Positions 8,799 to 19,300 of a stretch of DNA of 56,002 bases are shown in pieces. The notes under the pieces are model-generated. The model saw nothing but the letters and a program-made list of their open reading frames with translations. It did no database searches and was not told the DNA's origin. A program made the position numbers and the translations under genes. This DNA is from a virus (Duplodnaviria; Caudoviricetes). The stretch is from positions 1 to 56,002 of IMG/VR virus record IMGVR_UViG_3300021197_000758. The stretch is one strand, 5' to 3'. Within the stretch, counting starts at the first letter, position 1, and every line of letters starts with the position of its first letter.

Positions 8799-9248
8799 AT
8801 GAGAAGAAAAGTTTCAAAAAAAAGAGGTCCAGTAGTTTCTAAGAAGGTGACTTATGATGGTATTGACTTTAAGTCTGGGCTTGAAAAGTATATGTATATA
8901 GCCCTTAAGTCAGCAGGTATACACGCTGTTTATGAGGGCAAAACATTTGAGCTTGTGAGTTCATTTAAATTTTCTCCAGATAGCTACGAAAGACAAGCTA
9001 ACGGAAAAGGAGAGATGATAAATAGAGGAGGAAAGAAGCATCAAGGCATTAAGTACACTCCCGACTTTATTGGAGAGGGATTTATTATCGAATGCAAAGG
9101 GAGGGCAAATGAGTCCTTCCCAATTCGATGGAAGTTATTCAAAGACCACATGAAGCATAACAAAGACGTTACGCTGTATAAGCCTCAATCTCAAAAAGAG
9201 TGCGATGAGGTGGTTAAATTAATTTTAAAAAGTAGAGAAAATAGCTAG
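8799..9248 (+). CDS. T7 endonuclease I-like Holliday junction resolvase
   Basis: FKSGLE, YE, YTPDF..IIECKG PD-(D/E)XK motifs. Confidence 0.8.
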   Translation: MRRKVSKKRGPVVSKKVTYDGIDFKSGLEKYMYIALKSAGIHAVYEGKTFELVSSFKFSPDSYERQANGKGEMINRGGKKHQGIKYTPDFIGEGFIIECKGRANESFPIRWKLFKDHMKHNKDVTLYKPQSQKECDEVVKLILKSRENS

Positions 9249-9253
9249 GTATT

Positions 9254-9511
9254 ATGACATTTAGAAAACAAATACAATTGCATAGACGAGCAATGATAGA
9301 AATGTACGCTGCATCAACTCCAAGTGCAAACTATTTAGAAGTGATAGATCGAAAGGATCTTCCGGTTGACTTCTACGCAGACTACAAGATAGACAGAAGT
9401 TCCTATATCAGGATCTTGAAAAAATACTCAAGATTAATAAAGACAACTTACAAAAGAAAGCTTTTCGAAAATACTATTCACTTAGGCCATTCTCCAACCC
9501 TTAGTAAATAA
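9254..9511 (+). CDS. hypothetical protein (85 aa)
   Basis: ATG ORF filling the gap in the operon. Confidence 0.6.
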   Translation: MTFRKQIQLHRRAMIEMYAASTPSANYLEVIDRKDLPVDFYADYKIDRSSYIRILKKYSRLIKTTYKRKLFENTIHLGHSPTLSK

Positions 9512-9535
9512 TCAAAATTTAAAAACGAATTACGC

Positions 9536-10525
9536 ATGAATATAGAAGAACAATACCTAGACTTACTTGATGACGTTTTGTATAACGGAGTAGGCAAGAG
9601 CGATAGGACTGGTACTGGAACCATATCAGTATTTGGTAGGCAGATTAGGCACGATATGTCTTTAGGGTTTCCACTACTTACAACCAAGAAGATGCCAATA
9701 AAAACTATAGCTACCGAACTTCTTTGGTTTTTAAGAGGCGATAGTAATATCAAATACTTGATAGATAACGGATGCAATATTTGGAACGGTGATGCCCATA
9801 AGAATTACTTAAAGTATAATAATCCATGCTCGATGTCTGAGTTTATAGATAAGATAAACAATGATAGACTTTTTGAGTGCCAATGGGGCAACCTTGGTCC
9901 TATCTATGGAAGGCAGTGGAGAAATTTTTATGATGAAGGGATAGATCAGATAGCGAATTCGATAAGACTACTTAAAACAGACCCAGACTCAAGAAGAAAT
10001 AAAGTTTCTGCTTGGAGTGTAGGCGATTTAGAATTAATGGTTCTACCTCCATGCCACACAGGATTTCAACTTTGCACGAGAGAGTTGACTCAATCAGAGC
10101 GATTTAATTATTACGGAAAGCTAATAGGATCTGATATGTATCACGACCATATCGTTGAAGAGATGAACGAGAACAATGTTCCGACAAGAGCAATCTCTTT
10201 AATGTGGGAACAAAGGTCTGCTGATTTATTTTTAGGATTACCGTTTAACATAGCTTCATATGCAATGCTTTTGTGTATATTTGCTGAGGAGGCCAATATG
10301 ATTCCAGATGAATTGATTGGCAGTTTAGGAGATGTCCACTTGTACACAAACCACATAGAGCAAGCTAAATTACAGTTGTCAAGAGATCCATACGATCCAC
10401 CATTACTAAATATTAATAAAAAAGAAGGTTCAATTGTAGATAGAATAAATGAGTACGAACCAAAAGATTTTTCAGTACTTAAGTATAATTACTACAACAA
10501 CATTAAAGCACCTTTATCAAATTAG
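9536..10525 (+). CDS. thyA: thymidylate synthase
   Basis: DRTGTGT, FPLLTTKK, ELLWF, LGPIYGRQWR, catalytic LPPCH, QRSAD..LGLPFN, GDVHLY. Confidence 0.97.
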   Translation: MNIEEQYLDLLDDVLYNGVGKSDRTGTGTISVFGRQIRHDMSLGFPLLTTKKMPIKTIATELLWFLRGDSNIKYLIDNGCNIWNGDAHKNYLKYNNPCSMSEFIDKINNDRLFECQWGNLGPIYGRQWRNFYDEGIDQIANSIRLLKTDPDSRRNKVSAWSVGDLELMVLPPCHTGFQLCTRELTQSERFNYYGKLIGSDMYHDHIVEEMNENNVPTRAISLMWEQRSADLFLGLPFNIASYAMLLCIFAEEANMIPDELIGSLGDVHLYTNHIEQAKLQLSRDPYDPPLLNINKKEGSIVDRINEYEPKDFSVLKYNYYNNIKAPLSN

Positions 10526-10527
10526 AT

Positions 10528-10695
10528 ATGGACAGCAAGAGAGAATTTTACATAGATAGAAAGGAGTTAGCTAGAAAGAAGTACTCCGAGAGACAGTTTG
10601 CTAAGTGGGTGAACTGGAGCATAAAGAATAGAGGCAAGGTCCTATTCAAGGAAATTATCGAAAAACAAATAGAATATAAAATAGTAAAACAATGA
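10528..10695 (+). CDS. small hypothetical protein (55 aa, MDSKREFYIDRK...), not in the ORF track
   Basis: Read by hand; ATG 2 nt after the thyA stop, ends in an ATGA overlap with the next gene. Confidence 0.65.
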   Translation: MDSKREFYIDRKELARKKYSERQFAKWVNWSIKNRGKVLFKEIIEKQIEYKIVKQ

Positions 10696-10844
10696 AAGAA
10701 GACGAAGAAAAAGCAGCGTACATTTTATCGGTTGGATTGTATCCAGGAATACTAATAGGGTTCAGAAGTTACCAACAATCGGATGGATCCATTCATGTAT
10801 TGTACCTACCATTTATAGACATATCATTAACAATTATTAATTAA
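10692..10844 (+). CDS. small hypothetical protein (50 aa, MKEDEEKAAYILSVGLYPGILIG...), not in the ORF track
   Basis: Read by hand; ATGA-coupled to the previous ORF, ends 5 nt before the next ATG. Confidence 0.65.
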   Translation: MKEDEEKAAYILSVGLYPGILIGFRSYQQSDGSIHVLYLPFIDISLTIIN

Positions 10845-10849
10845 ACATT

Positions 10850-11083
10850 ATGAGTAAGCAGAAACAAAGTAGAGTAGATCTACTAGAGAAGAAGGTAAAA
10901 GCAATAACATGGGTATTGCAGGATATAAAACAAGAAATGAATAACATTAGAGATCTTTCTATCGGAACGACGGAGACGCTTAGGCTAATGGATGGGTACG
11001 ATAAAGCGATGGAGTCGCTTAAGGATATACTTACGGAAGATATTGACAATGAGTCTTTAAAATTTAAAGTAGATAATAAATAA
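10850..11083 (+). CDS. hypothetical coiled-coil protein (77 aa)
   Basis: ATG ORF directly upstream of the RNR. Confidence 0.7.
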   Translation: MSKQKQSRVDLLEKKVKAITWVLQDIKQEMNNIRDLSIGTTETLRLMDGYDKAMESLKDILTEDIDNESLKFKVDNK

Positions 11084-11087
11084 ACAT

Positions 11088-12950
11088 ATGGAAACGTCTA
11101 ATAAAATATTGAGTGATATTACCGTGTACATGAAGTACGCTAAGTACCTACCAGAGGTAAATAGAAGAGAGACTTGGGAAGACCTTGTCACTAGAAATAA
11201 GTTAATGCACATAAAGAAATACCCACAACTTAAGGATGAAATTAACGAGGTTTATAAATTTGTTTACGACAAAAAGGTTTTACCGTCAATGCGGTCTTTA
11301 CAATTTGGTGGAAAGCCTATTGATATCTCACCGAATCGTGTTTATAACTGTGCTTACCTTCCTATTGATCACATTGATTCTTTTCACGAGACAATGTTCT
11401 TATTGCTAGGTGGAACAGGTGTAGGATACTCAGTTCAGAAGCATCACGTCGACAAACTTCCTCCGATAAACCACCCATACAGCAGAAGAACTAAGAGATA
11501 CCTTATTGGCGATAGCATCGAGGGATGGGCTGATGCAATAAAGGTTCTTGTTAAGTCTTACCTTGGGGATAAGAAAAGCTCTAAGGTTGAGTTCGATTAC
11601 TCTGACATTAGACCTAAAGGTGCGCAGCTTGTTACGTCTGGAGGTAAAGCCCCAGGACCTCAGCCACTAAAAGAATGTATGCTGAAGATTAAGGGATTAC
11701 TTGAGGCTAAAAAAGATGGAGACAAACTGTCTAGTCTTGAAGTTCACGACATTGTGTGTTACATTGCTGACGCTGTGCTTGCTGGAGGTATTAGAAGAGC
11801 TGCTCTAATTAGTTTGTTTTCTGCTGATGATGACGACATGATATCTTGTAAGTCAGGATCTTGGTGGGAAAGTAATCCTCAGAGAGGTAGAGCCAACAAT
11901 TCTGCAGTGCTTATGAGACACAAGATTAGTAAGGAGTTTTTTATGGGTCTTTGGAAGAGAGTTGAGCTTTCTGGAGCAGGTGAGCCTGGAATATACTTTA
12001 ACAACGATAAAGACTGGGGTACAAATCCTTGCTGCGAGATAGCTTTGAGACCTTTTCAGTTCTGCAACCTTTGCGAAGTAAACGCTAGTGACATATCGTC
12101 TCAAGAAGACTACAACGAAAGAGTTAAAGCAGCAGCTTTTATTGGAACGCTTCAAGCTGGCTACACAAACTTTCACTACCTTAGAGATGTGTGGAGAGAA
12201 ACTACCGAGAAGGATGCTCTTATTGGCGTATCTATGACTGGTATAGCTTCTAATGCTGTTCTTAGTTTAGATATGTCGGAGGCTGCTAACGTGGTTAAGG
12301 AGGAGAACGAAAGGATTGCATCTATAATTGGCATTAACACCGCTGCTAGATGCACCACCGTAAAGCCTGCTGGGACGACTTCTCTTACACTTGGAACGTC
12401 TTCTGGTATTCATGCATGGCATAACGACTACTACATCCGTAGAGTGCGTGTAGGTAAGTCTGAGTCTATGTACAAGTATTTATCGGAGAACCATCCTGAA
12501 TTGATCGAAGATGAGTACTTCAGACCTCACGACACTGCAGTTATTTCTATACCTCAAAAAGCACCTGATGGAGCTATACTTAGAACTGAGTCTCCATTCG
12601 ATTTACTTGAAAGAATTAAAGATGTAGCTACTAAGTGGGTTGCTCCTGGACACAGAAGGGGGTCTAATACACATAATGTATCGGCTACGGTTTCTTTAAA
12701 AGAAAACGAGTGGGATTCTGCAGGAGAGTGGATGTGGGATAATAGAGAGTTTTACAATGGACTATCTGTGCTTCCTTACAATGGAGGAACTTACACTCAG
12801 GCTCCGTTCGAAGATATAGACGAAGCTAAGTACAATGAAATGATGAAGACGCTTAAGGATGTAAATCTTTCTAACATCTTAGAGTCTGACGATAATACTG
12901 ATTTAACTGGTGAGCTTGCCTGTGCTGGTGGAGCTTGCGAAATAATTTAA
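11088..12950 (+). CDS. nrdJ: class II (B12-dependent) ribonucleotide reductase, monomeric RTPR-like
   Basis: RRETW, LPSMR, YNCA, GGIRRAALI, TNPCCEI..CNLCE, TTVKPAGT, C-terminal CAGGACE; no beta-subunit gene. Confidence 0.92.
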   Translation: METSNKILSDITVYMKYAKYLPEVNRRETWEDLVTRNKLMHIKKYPQLKDEINEVYKFVYDKKVLPSMRSLQFGGKPIDISPNRVYNCAYLPIDHIDSFHETMFLLLGGTGVGYSVQKHHVDKLPPINHPYSRRTKRYLIGDSIEGWADAIKVLVKSYLGDKKSSKVEFDYSDIRPKGAQLVTSGGKAPGPQPLKECMLKIKGLLEAKKDGDKLSSLEVHDIVCYIADAVLAGGIRRAALISLFSADDDDMISCKSGSWWESNPQRGRANNSAVLMRHKISKEFFMGLWKRVELSGAGEPGIYFNNDKDWGTNPCCEIALRPFQFCNLCEVNASDISSQEDYNERVKAAAFIGTLQAGYTNFHYLRDVWRETTEKDALIGVSMTGIASNAVLSLDMSEAANVVKEENERIASIIGINTAARCTTVKPAGTTSLTLGTSSGIHAWHNDYYIRRVRVGKSESMYKYLSENHPELIEDEYFRPHDTAVISIPQKAPDGAILRTESPFDLLERIKDVATKWVAPGHRRGSNTHNVSATVSLKENEWDSAGEWMWDNREFYNGLSVLPYNGGTYTQAPFEDIDEAKYNEMMKTLKDVNLSNILESDDNTDLTGELACAGGACEII

Positions 12951-12952
12951 TT

Positions 12953-13210
12953 ATGGATATTAGAGAATATATTGAAGAGTACGCTAGCGATCAAGATGTT
13001 TGGTTTGCAGATGGATTTGATGAGGCAATTTTAGGGATTGACCCATTGTCTGGCAAGGTTGTTTACTCAAGGCGTAAGTGCATAGAAGCTCTTATTGAAG
13101 AAGGTATGGACTTCGAAGATGCGATAGATTTCTTGGAGTTTAATACATTCAATGCATACATTGGAGAAAATACTCCAATATTTATTGACGATCTTTGTTT
13201 AGGATTATAG
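12953..13210 (+). CDS. conserved-type phage hypothetical acidic protein (85 aa)
   Basis: ADGFDEAILG..VVYS..FNTFNAYIGENTPIF; ATG 12953 directly after the nrdJ stop. Confidence 0.75.
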   Translation: MDIREYIEEYASDQDVWFADGFDEAILGIDPLSGKVVYSRRKCIEALIEEGMDFEDAIDFLEFNTFNAYIGENTPIFIDDLCLGL

Positions 13211-13222
13211 GTCAAAAAAAAT

Positions 13223-13255
13223 AAAAGGGGAAGTCTTAATGACCTCCCCTTTTTT
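13223..13255. terminator. bidirectional intrinsic terminator
   Basis: AAAAGGGGAAGTC-TTAAT-GACCTCCCCTTTTTT, A-tract before and T-tract after, where the two arms converge. Confidence 0.9.
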
Positions 13256-13311
13256 AATAAAGAAACTTTAGGTATGGTACGCCTATTGTGTTTGTTTCTT
13301 ATATTTAATTC

Positions 13312-16300
13312 CTACTTTCTAGCTTTTAAAGTTTTTAACCTAGCGTCCCTATCTCTGGAGCTTCTTGAAGATGACTTTGATTTCTCAACCCCTTGGAACA
13401 AATACTTTAGGTATATCTTTCTGATATCTTTATAAGCAGGTACTGCACCTAAGTTTCCAGCGATCTCAAAAGGTATTCTAGTTAATAACTCATTTTGATT
13501 CTTATCTATAGTTTCCTGAGTCTTAGCTGAAGACGCTCTAGATTGCAAGGTAACTCCCCTCTTTATTGTCTTAGCCATTGGAGTAAACGAACCTAGCGAA
13601 GATACTACCATATTGGTAAATACGTCATCTCTAGGTGATGGATCTAATGGTATCTTAGAAAACGCTAAGTTATTCTTATAAGCGTCGTACTCTCCAGTTC
13701 TTGTTATACCTTCTCCATACTCCTTATTTAACCATTCCGTACCGTAGTTTATTGGTATCTGAGATAAGTTACCGATATTTCTACCTAGCGCAAGAGTGGC
13801 AACTCCTGCTAATACATTTCTAGTTAAGTCAGTTCCTAATTCGAATTCGTCTTCGTCATCATCTATACCAAGTGCCATAAATATTAAGGCAAAGGTCATA
13901 TCCATAGCCATCTTGTACATAGACATACGAAATACCGTACCAGCTAAAAGCATAGCTCCCTTAGTTCTAGACATATCACCCTTTCCAACAAGAGACTGAA
14001 TCGCCTTTAATGCTGAGTAGTATTCAAAAACTCTAAACCTACTCATATACCTATCCATTATTATTGCAGCACTCTTTATTGCACTTGCGTCTTTTGGATT
14101 TATATTCTTAGGTATTCCATCAAATGGATTGTTAGACGCAGCGTTATCTATTACAGCTGAGTCAGCATCAAATGTAGCCTTTTCAATTGCGGATGCGTAC
14201 TTCTCTCTGTATTCTGTATCTGTAGCTACCTTATTCCAATCTACATCAACTCCAGTTTCTTTCTTAAACGAAGTATTAAATGCACCGACAAATAAAGGTC
14301 TAGCAACTAACGTATCTGGTTTTGTTATCAAGTTTTCATTGAACTTTATAAACCAATCTAACGGCTTCTTAGCTACATTTCTAACAATCTCGGCATCTTC
14401 GGCAATGTCTGAAGTCATATCTTCAGGCTCAAATAACTTAGATTTGGAAAACAATCTATCTTCTATATCCTTACTTGATAAGTCTTGTTGGTTCGTCAAT
14501 CTAGCTGTCTGAGTTGATCCAAGAACTTTTAATGCGGCATCTATTACTGCATTATTAGAACCAGACGCTGACAATGTTTTTATACCACTTATGAATTCTA
14601 TAGGATTTACGATCATTGCGTGTCCTGCATTCGTGGTAAGCTCTACTGCTGCTTTAACTGGTCCAGCAAGTTGAGCAAGGTATCCTGCTCTACCTAAAAA
14701 GCTTATAGCCTTCTCTGAAAACGCTCTATCTTTTGTTACGTTTTTAAATTCATAGCTAATTATTCCATCATAAACATCTTCTAATGCTTTAGCTAACTCC
14801 TTATCGTTCTTAGTTGTAGCCTCGCTTCTTAAGTTTGACAGCGCTATCTTAGCTCTCTTCACAATTGGATACATATAGTAACTAGTCTCTGTCTTTCTAG
14901 AAGCAGTGTAAGCGTTATGCACAGGATCTAGAGATATAGAGTGTACGTTTCCAGTCCTCTGTATTGCTGCTTTACTTTTTAGAGATGGATTAGTAAATGA
15001 ATTATGGAGATCGTCAAACTCTTTAGTCATTTGGGTCTCCTGATTAGTAACCTTAGGAAGGTGAACGTAATTCTCTCTAGGTATAAATGTCATACCTCTG
15101 TTGGCTGCATCTGCTGCAGCTTTTTCCTGTATTGATGCATATGTCTCGTCTACAATTGCCAAAAATCGCTTCTCTTTACTAGTCATTCCTTCTAGTATTT
15201 TAGAAGTGCTAACCTTCCCATCAACAGTAAACTCATTCATTAGATCCCTAATAGCAGCTTTCTCTCTTTCGTCATAAACACTATTTTCATCATCTAATGT
15301 AGCCTCTATCCACTTCTTAGCTGTATTGACCTCTTTATTTTTAGGATTACTTTCGTACTCCCTCTGTATCTGATACATCATCACCTTTACTTTCTGCAAG
15401 AATCTAGTATTCTTCCTAATAGATAGTAACGCTTCAGCCTTTTCTAGGTTAGTCTTAATGTCCTTTAAAGAAGCCTCTAGTCTTGAAAAAGCTTGAGATG
15501 ATGGATAGAGTATTGACTTGTATATATTTGTAGTCTTAAGCTTATCTGATGCTGACTTTATAACTTGGTCGATGTTTCTAAGTGGGGTAGACCTAATTCT
15601 ATTCGATATAGATGTCTCCTTTTTATTTTTACTTAAGAATAAGTTTTTTGTAAAAATCTTAGACTTTGATATCAACTTGTCTATTGCGCCACGTTCCTTT
15701 ATCTCTTTAGAAACAGATTGTGAGTCTCTATTTCCTTCGACTCTTATCTTACTCTGAAGTAGTTTTGTTGAAACAAATCCATCCTTTAACATCTCTAGAC
15801 CTCTAACAAGATCTCTAGCTTGTTGAGGAGTTAGCGAATCAAAATCTTTTTCAGTTAATGAGTTTGCGAATTTTACTGCACTCCTTTCGTCGCCAGTGAT
15901 ATTAAGTATACTTGGAGTCGGCTCATTCATAGCGTCAAGAAACTCCTCCTTTATTTCAGCTAAAACTTCTTCTTTTGACTTTCCGCCAGCATTAGACATC
16001 TCTTCGTCAGCATTTGTCTCATTAAATATATCTAAAAATCTCAACGCTAACTCATGATCATCCTTGCTTATAATCCCATCTTTAAGCATCTTGTCCAGAT
16101 TCTTTCTTATGGTTAAGTTCGGATCCATAGAATTAGAAATTCTATCTTTCAATTCATTGGCTCTTTGATTATCTGAAGAGTAGTCGGAAAGTATTGAGTC
16201 TATCATATCAGATAACTCTTCTCTAGACATCCTACTGTCGTACTTTTTATCTACATTAACTAGGTCTGATATAACTTTATCGTACTTAACTAAAGATCGC

Positions 16301-19300
16301 TTAGATAGGTATGCTGGGTCCACAGAGAATATAGACAATAGCTTAGGTTGAAGCTCTTTCAATACCCCAAGGTTCTTTATTCTTTTTATTGCTATGCCTC
16401 TATCTTTGTACCTCTGTCTCCTTAGGATTCTATCGATCTCCATATTCAAAGCATCGGCTACTTGGTCAACCATCTTTTGTATGTTGTTGGCGTTTGTTAG
16501 CTTTACTCTGGTGATTATCTTACCTATAGTACTCTTGGATAGCTTACTAAGCTTAGAGTCTTTTATCATAGACTTTATTTCCTTAACGATTGCAGCCCTA
16601 GCCTTGTCGTTATCTTTCATTTTGTCTATTCTAGCCTTAAATGAAGCTCTAAGTTTTTCGATTCTCTCCTTTGTCTTAGCAGCAGCTTTCTCTCTAGCCT
16701 CCTTCTTATCTCTCTTTACTGAGTCAAAAAACTCTGCAAACCCCTGCTCAAACATTTGCTTTTCTGTCAACCCTTTGGTTTCAGATGCTATCGTTACTGG
16801 CTTTTCTTTTTTGAAGAACTGCTTTATTCCGTTTCTTATCTCGTCTTTAGTAAACCCAACTTCCTGCAATACTTCTATAGTCTCCTTTCTTGTAAGGCCT
16901 TCTTTTTTAGATTCCTCTATTACATCTTGTATTGTGAAATCTTCTTGCGATTGCTGCTGACGAGTTTGTGGTTTTATGTCATAAACTACAGTTCCATAAG
17001 TAGAGTTGTCCAATTCGGTTCCTGTAGCATTAACACCTTCGAAGCCTAATGCTTTCATTATTAGCGTGGATGGTGTGTCGGTGTTACCACTTGATTTTAA
17101 TTTTTCGTTAATTTCATTAGCAACTATATCTCTTTTTTCGTCCTGACTTTGTTCAAAACTTATATAGTTACTAGAACCTTTATCAATTTCCTCTTCAGTA
17201 TATTTTTTTAATAATAATACATATTGATCATAGTTTCTATGAAAGAATTCTTTATAAGGGTTTTCTGTACTAATTTGATTAGGTGAATTAACCCCTAATA
17301 TTTTTGATACTGTCGATATGTCATAAGTTGTTATACTAGTTGGTTTATTTGACATAGCACTATCATTTATACTTTTTAGTGCATTATGTAACCTTAAACT
17401 GGCTGGTGCTAAATTATAATCATCTAAATCAACTACAGAAACAATTCGTGATGCCGTATCTGTGCCTGTTCTTTTAGCGTACTCTTGAGCATCTTCTTTT
17501 TTACCGAAAAAATAAAACCCTGTACCAAAATGACCTGTACTTCTTTGCGTAAACTCAAACTTATATATTGGTTCGGCTTTATTGACCAAATCTCCAGCTC
17601 TAAAAACTTTCTGCTGACGGGTCTGTGGAAAATCATCACCTATCTTTTCAATTATTACACCTCTTTGACCAAAAGTGTTATTTGGATATACATTTACTTT
17701 GTCTCCAAGTAAGTCTTGCACATACTCTACAAACTCATTGCCATCAAACCCTTTTTGATATACGTCAATTGTTTCTCCGCCCTTTTTCCTTTTAATAATA
17801 TAGCTCTTATCCTCAGCTCCTTTTTCAAAGTTTTTAGCGTTTGCTATGTCATTTTTAAAAGCTCTTGAACTAATTGCTGCAACACCACCTATCTTTAACT
17901 TATCATATATGTCTTCTAAAATAAAATCTCGAATATTTTTTGGTACAACATTAACTACGTTTAGTGATACGATAGCATCGTATTTTTTATTAATATCGCC
18001 AGATTTAGTGTAAGTTACAGGACTTTTACCCTTCCATCTTTCAGGATTTAATTCATAAGAATCAACCTTACTCCCTAATACCTCTGACATTGCATCAGTG
18101 CCAAGTCCAAGACCAGCCCCATAATCTAATACTTCGCCCTCTTTCTCTAAGCTATTCAGTATTTTAGCGGCTTTTACATAGCTACCTGTAGTGGTGGCTA
18201 CCTGTGTAGTGCCTGAAGCTTTAGATAATGCATTGTCTATTTTCTGCTGACGAATTTGTGGTATTTTTACTTCGGCCACCTTAACAATAGCTCCAGCGGC
18301 AGATGATACATTAACTGATTTAAAATCTATATCAGGATCTGTCTTTCTAGATACTACGGTTTCTTCAGAGTTATATTTAGTATACGACTCTGTTATATCA
18401 TATGACTTATAAAACTTTGTAGGTTGCATTATCCTTTCAATCTTAGCTTTAACAGTCCATCCAAACGAAGGATGGTGATCTACGTCACCAGGATTTGTTT
18501 TTACAATTTCAAACGTAGTAGGATCAAACTGAACAAACGTCATAATCTCTCCTCCTACTATGCCTTTATTGAGAGGATCCATTATCTTCTGGTGAAACTC
18601 CTGTAAGCTTTTAACTCCTATTGCTTTTTGAAATTTTTTATTGGCAGCTATCTTTTGGTTTAGGTTTTTTCTTAAATCAGGCGAAAAATTATTCTCAATA
18701 TTTAAAAGACGTACTAATTCTTTTGGGTTAGACTCAAAGGAATCTAGGTTCTTTATATCTAAACCAGAAGCTTTTATAAACTTTCTAAAAGCACTTAAAA
18801 GCTCAGATGGTTTAGCTGGTTTCTTTGTGACTTTAACTTCTTTGCCATCTACTTTTTTTATATAATATCCTTTTTCTTCTATACTTTTAATTCTTTTCGC
18901 ATAAGTTTTTTTAGCAGATTCATTCCTGAGATTAACATTAAACAATTTTATAATATCTTTATTACTTAATATATTATTATCAAGAACCAAGTCCACTAAC
19001 TGTTCAAATATGTGTTGTTGAAACTGCCAAGAACCATTTAAAGTTCCTGAATGGGGGGCAAATAAATTAGCTTTACCTTTCGTTGCGTTTCTTATAAATC
19101 CTTCAGCCTGAGACTTTGTGTTAAAAGCAGCAAGATTAGAAATATCTCCCAAAACCTTGCCCATTTTATGCATAATTAAAGGAACGTAGTTACGTCCGCC
19201 AAGTAGCTCTATGCTGTACCCATTACCTAAATCAGTTTTACCTGCATTAGTATAGTCATACATATTAGTTACAAACTTCTTAAGGTCAAATTCATTTATA

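Noticed and set aside
10080-10190. Possible intron or intein in thyA or nrdJ
   Set aside because: thyA has only a short in-frame insertion; both frames are uninterrupted and lack splicing motifs
16951-18261. 21-bp repeats as a CRISPR array or as intein/intron boundaries
   Set aside because: Spacing is over 600 bp and in frame within a coding gene; no cas genes, no intein C/S...HN termini, no reading-frame break
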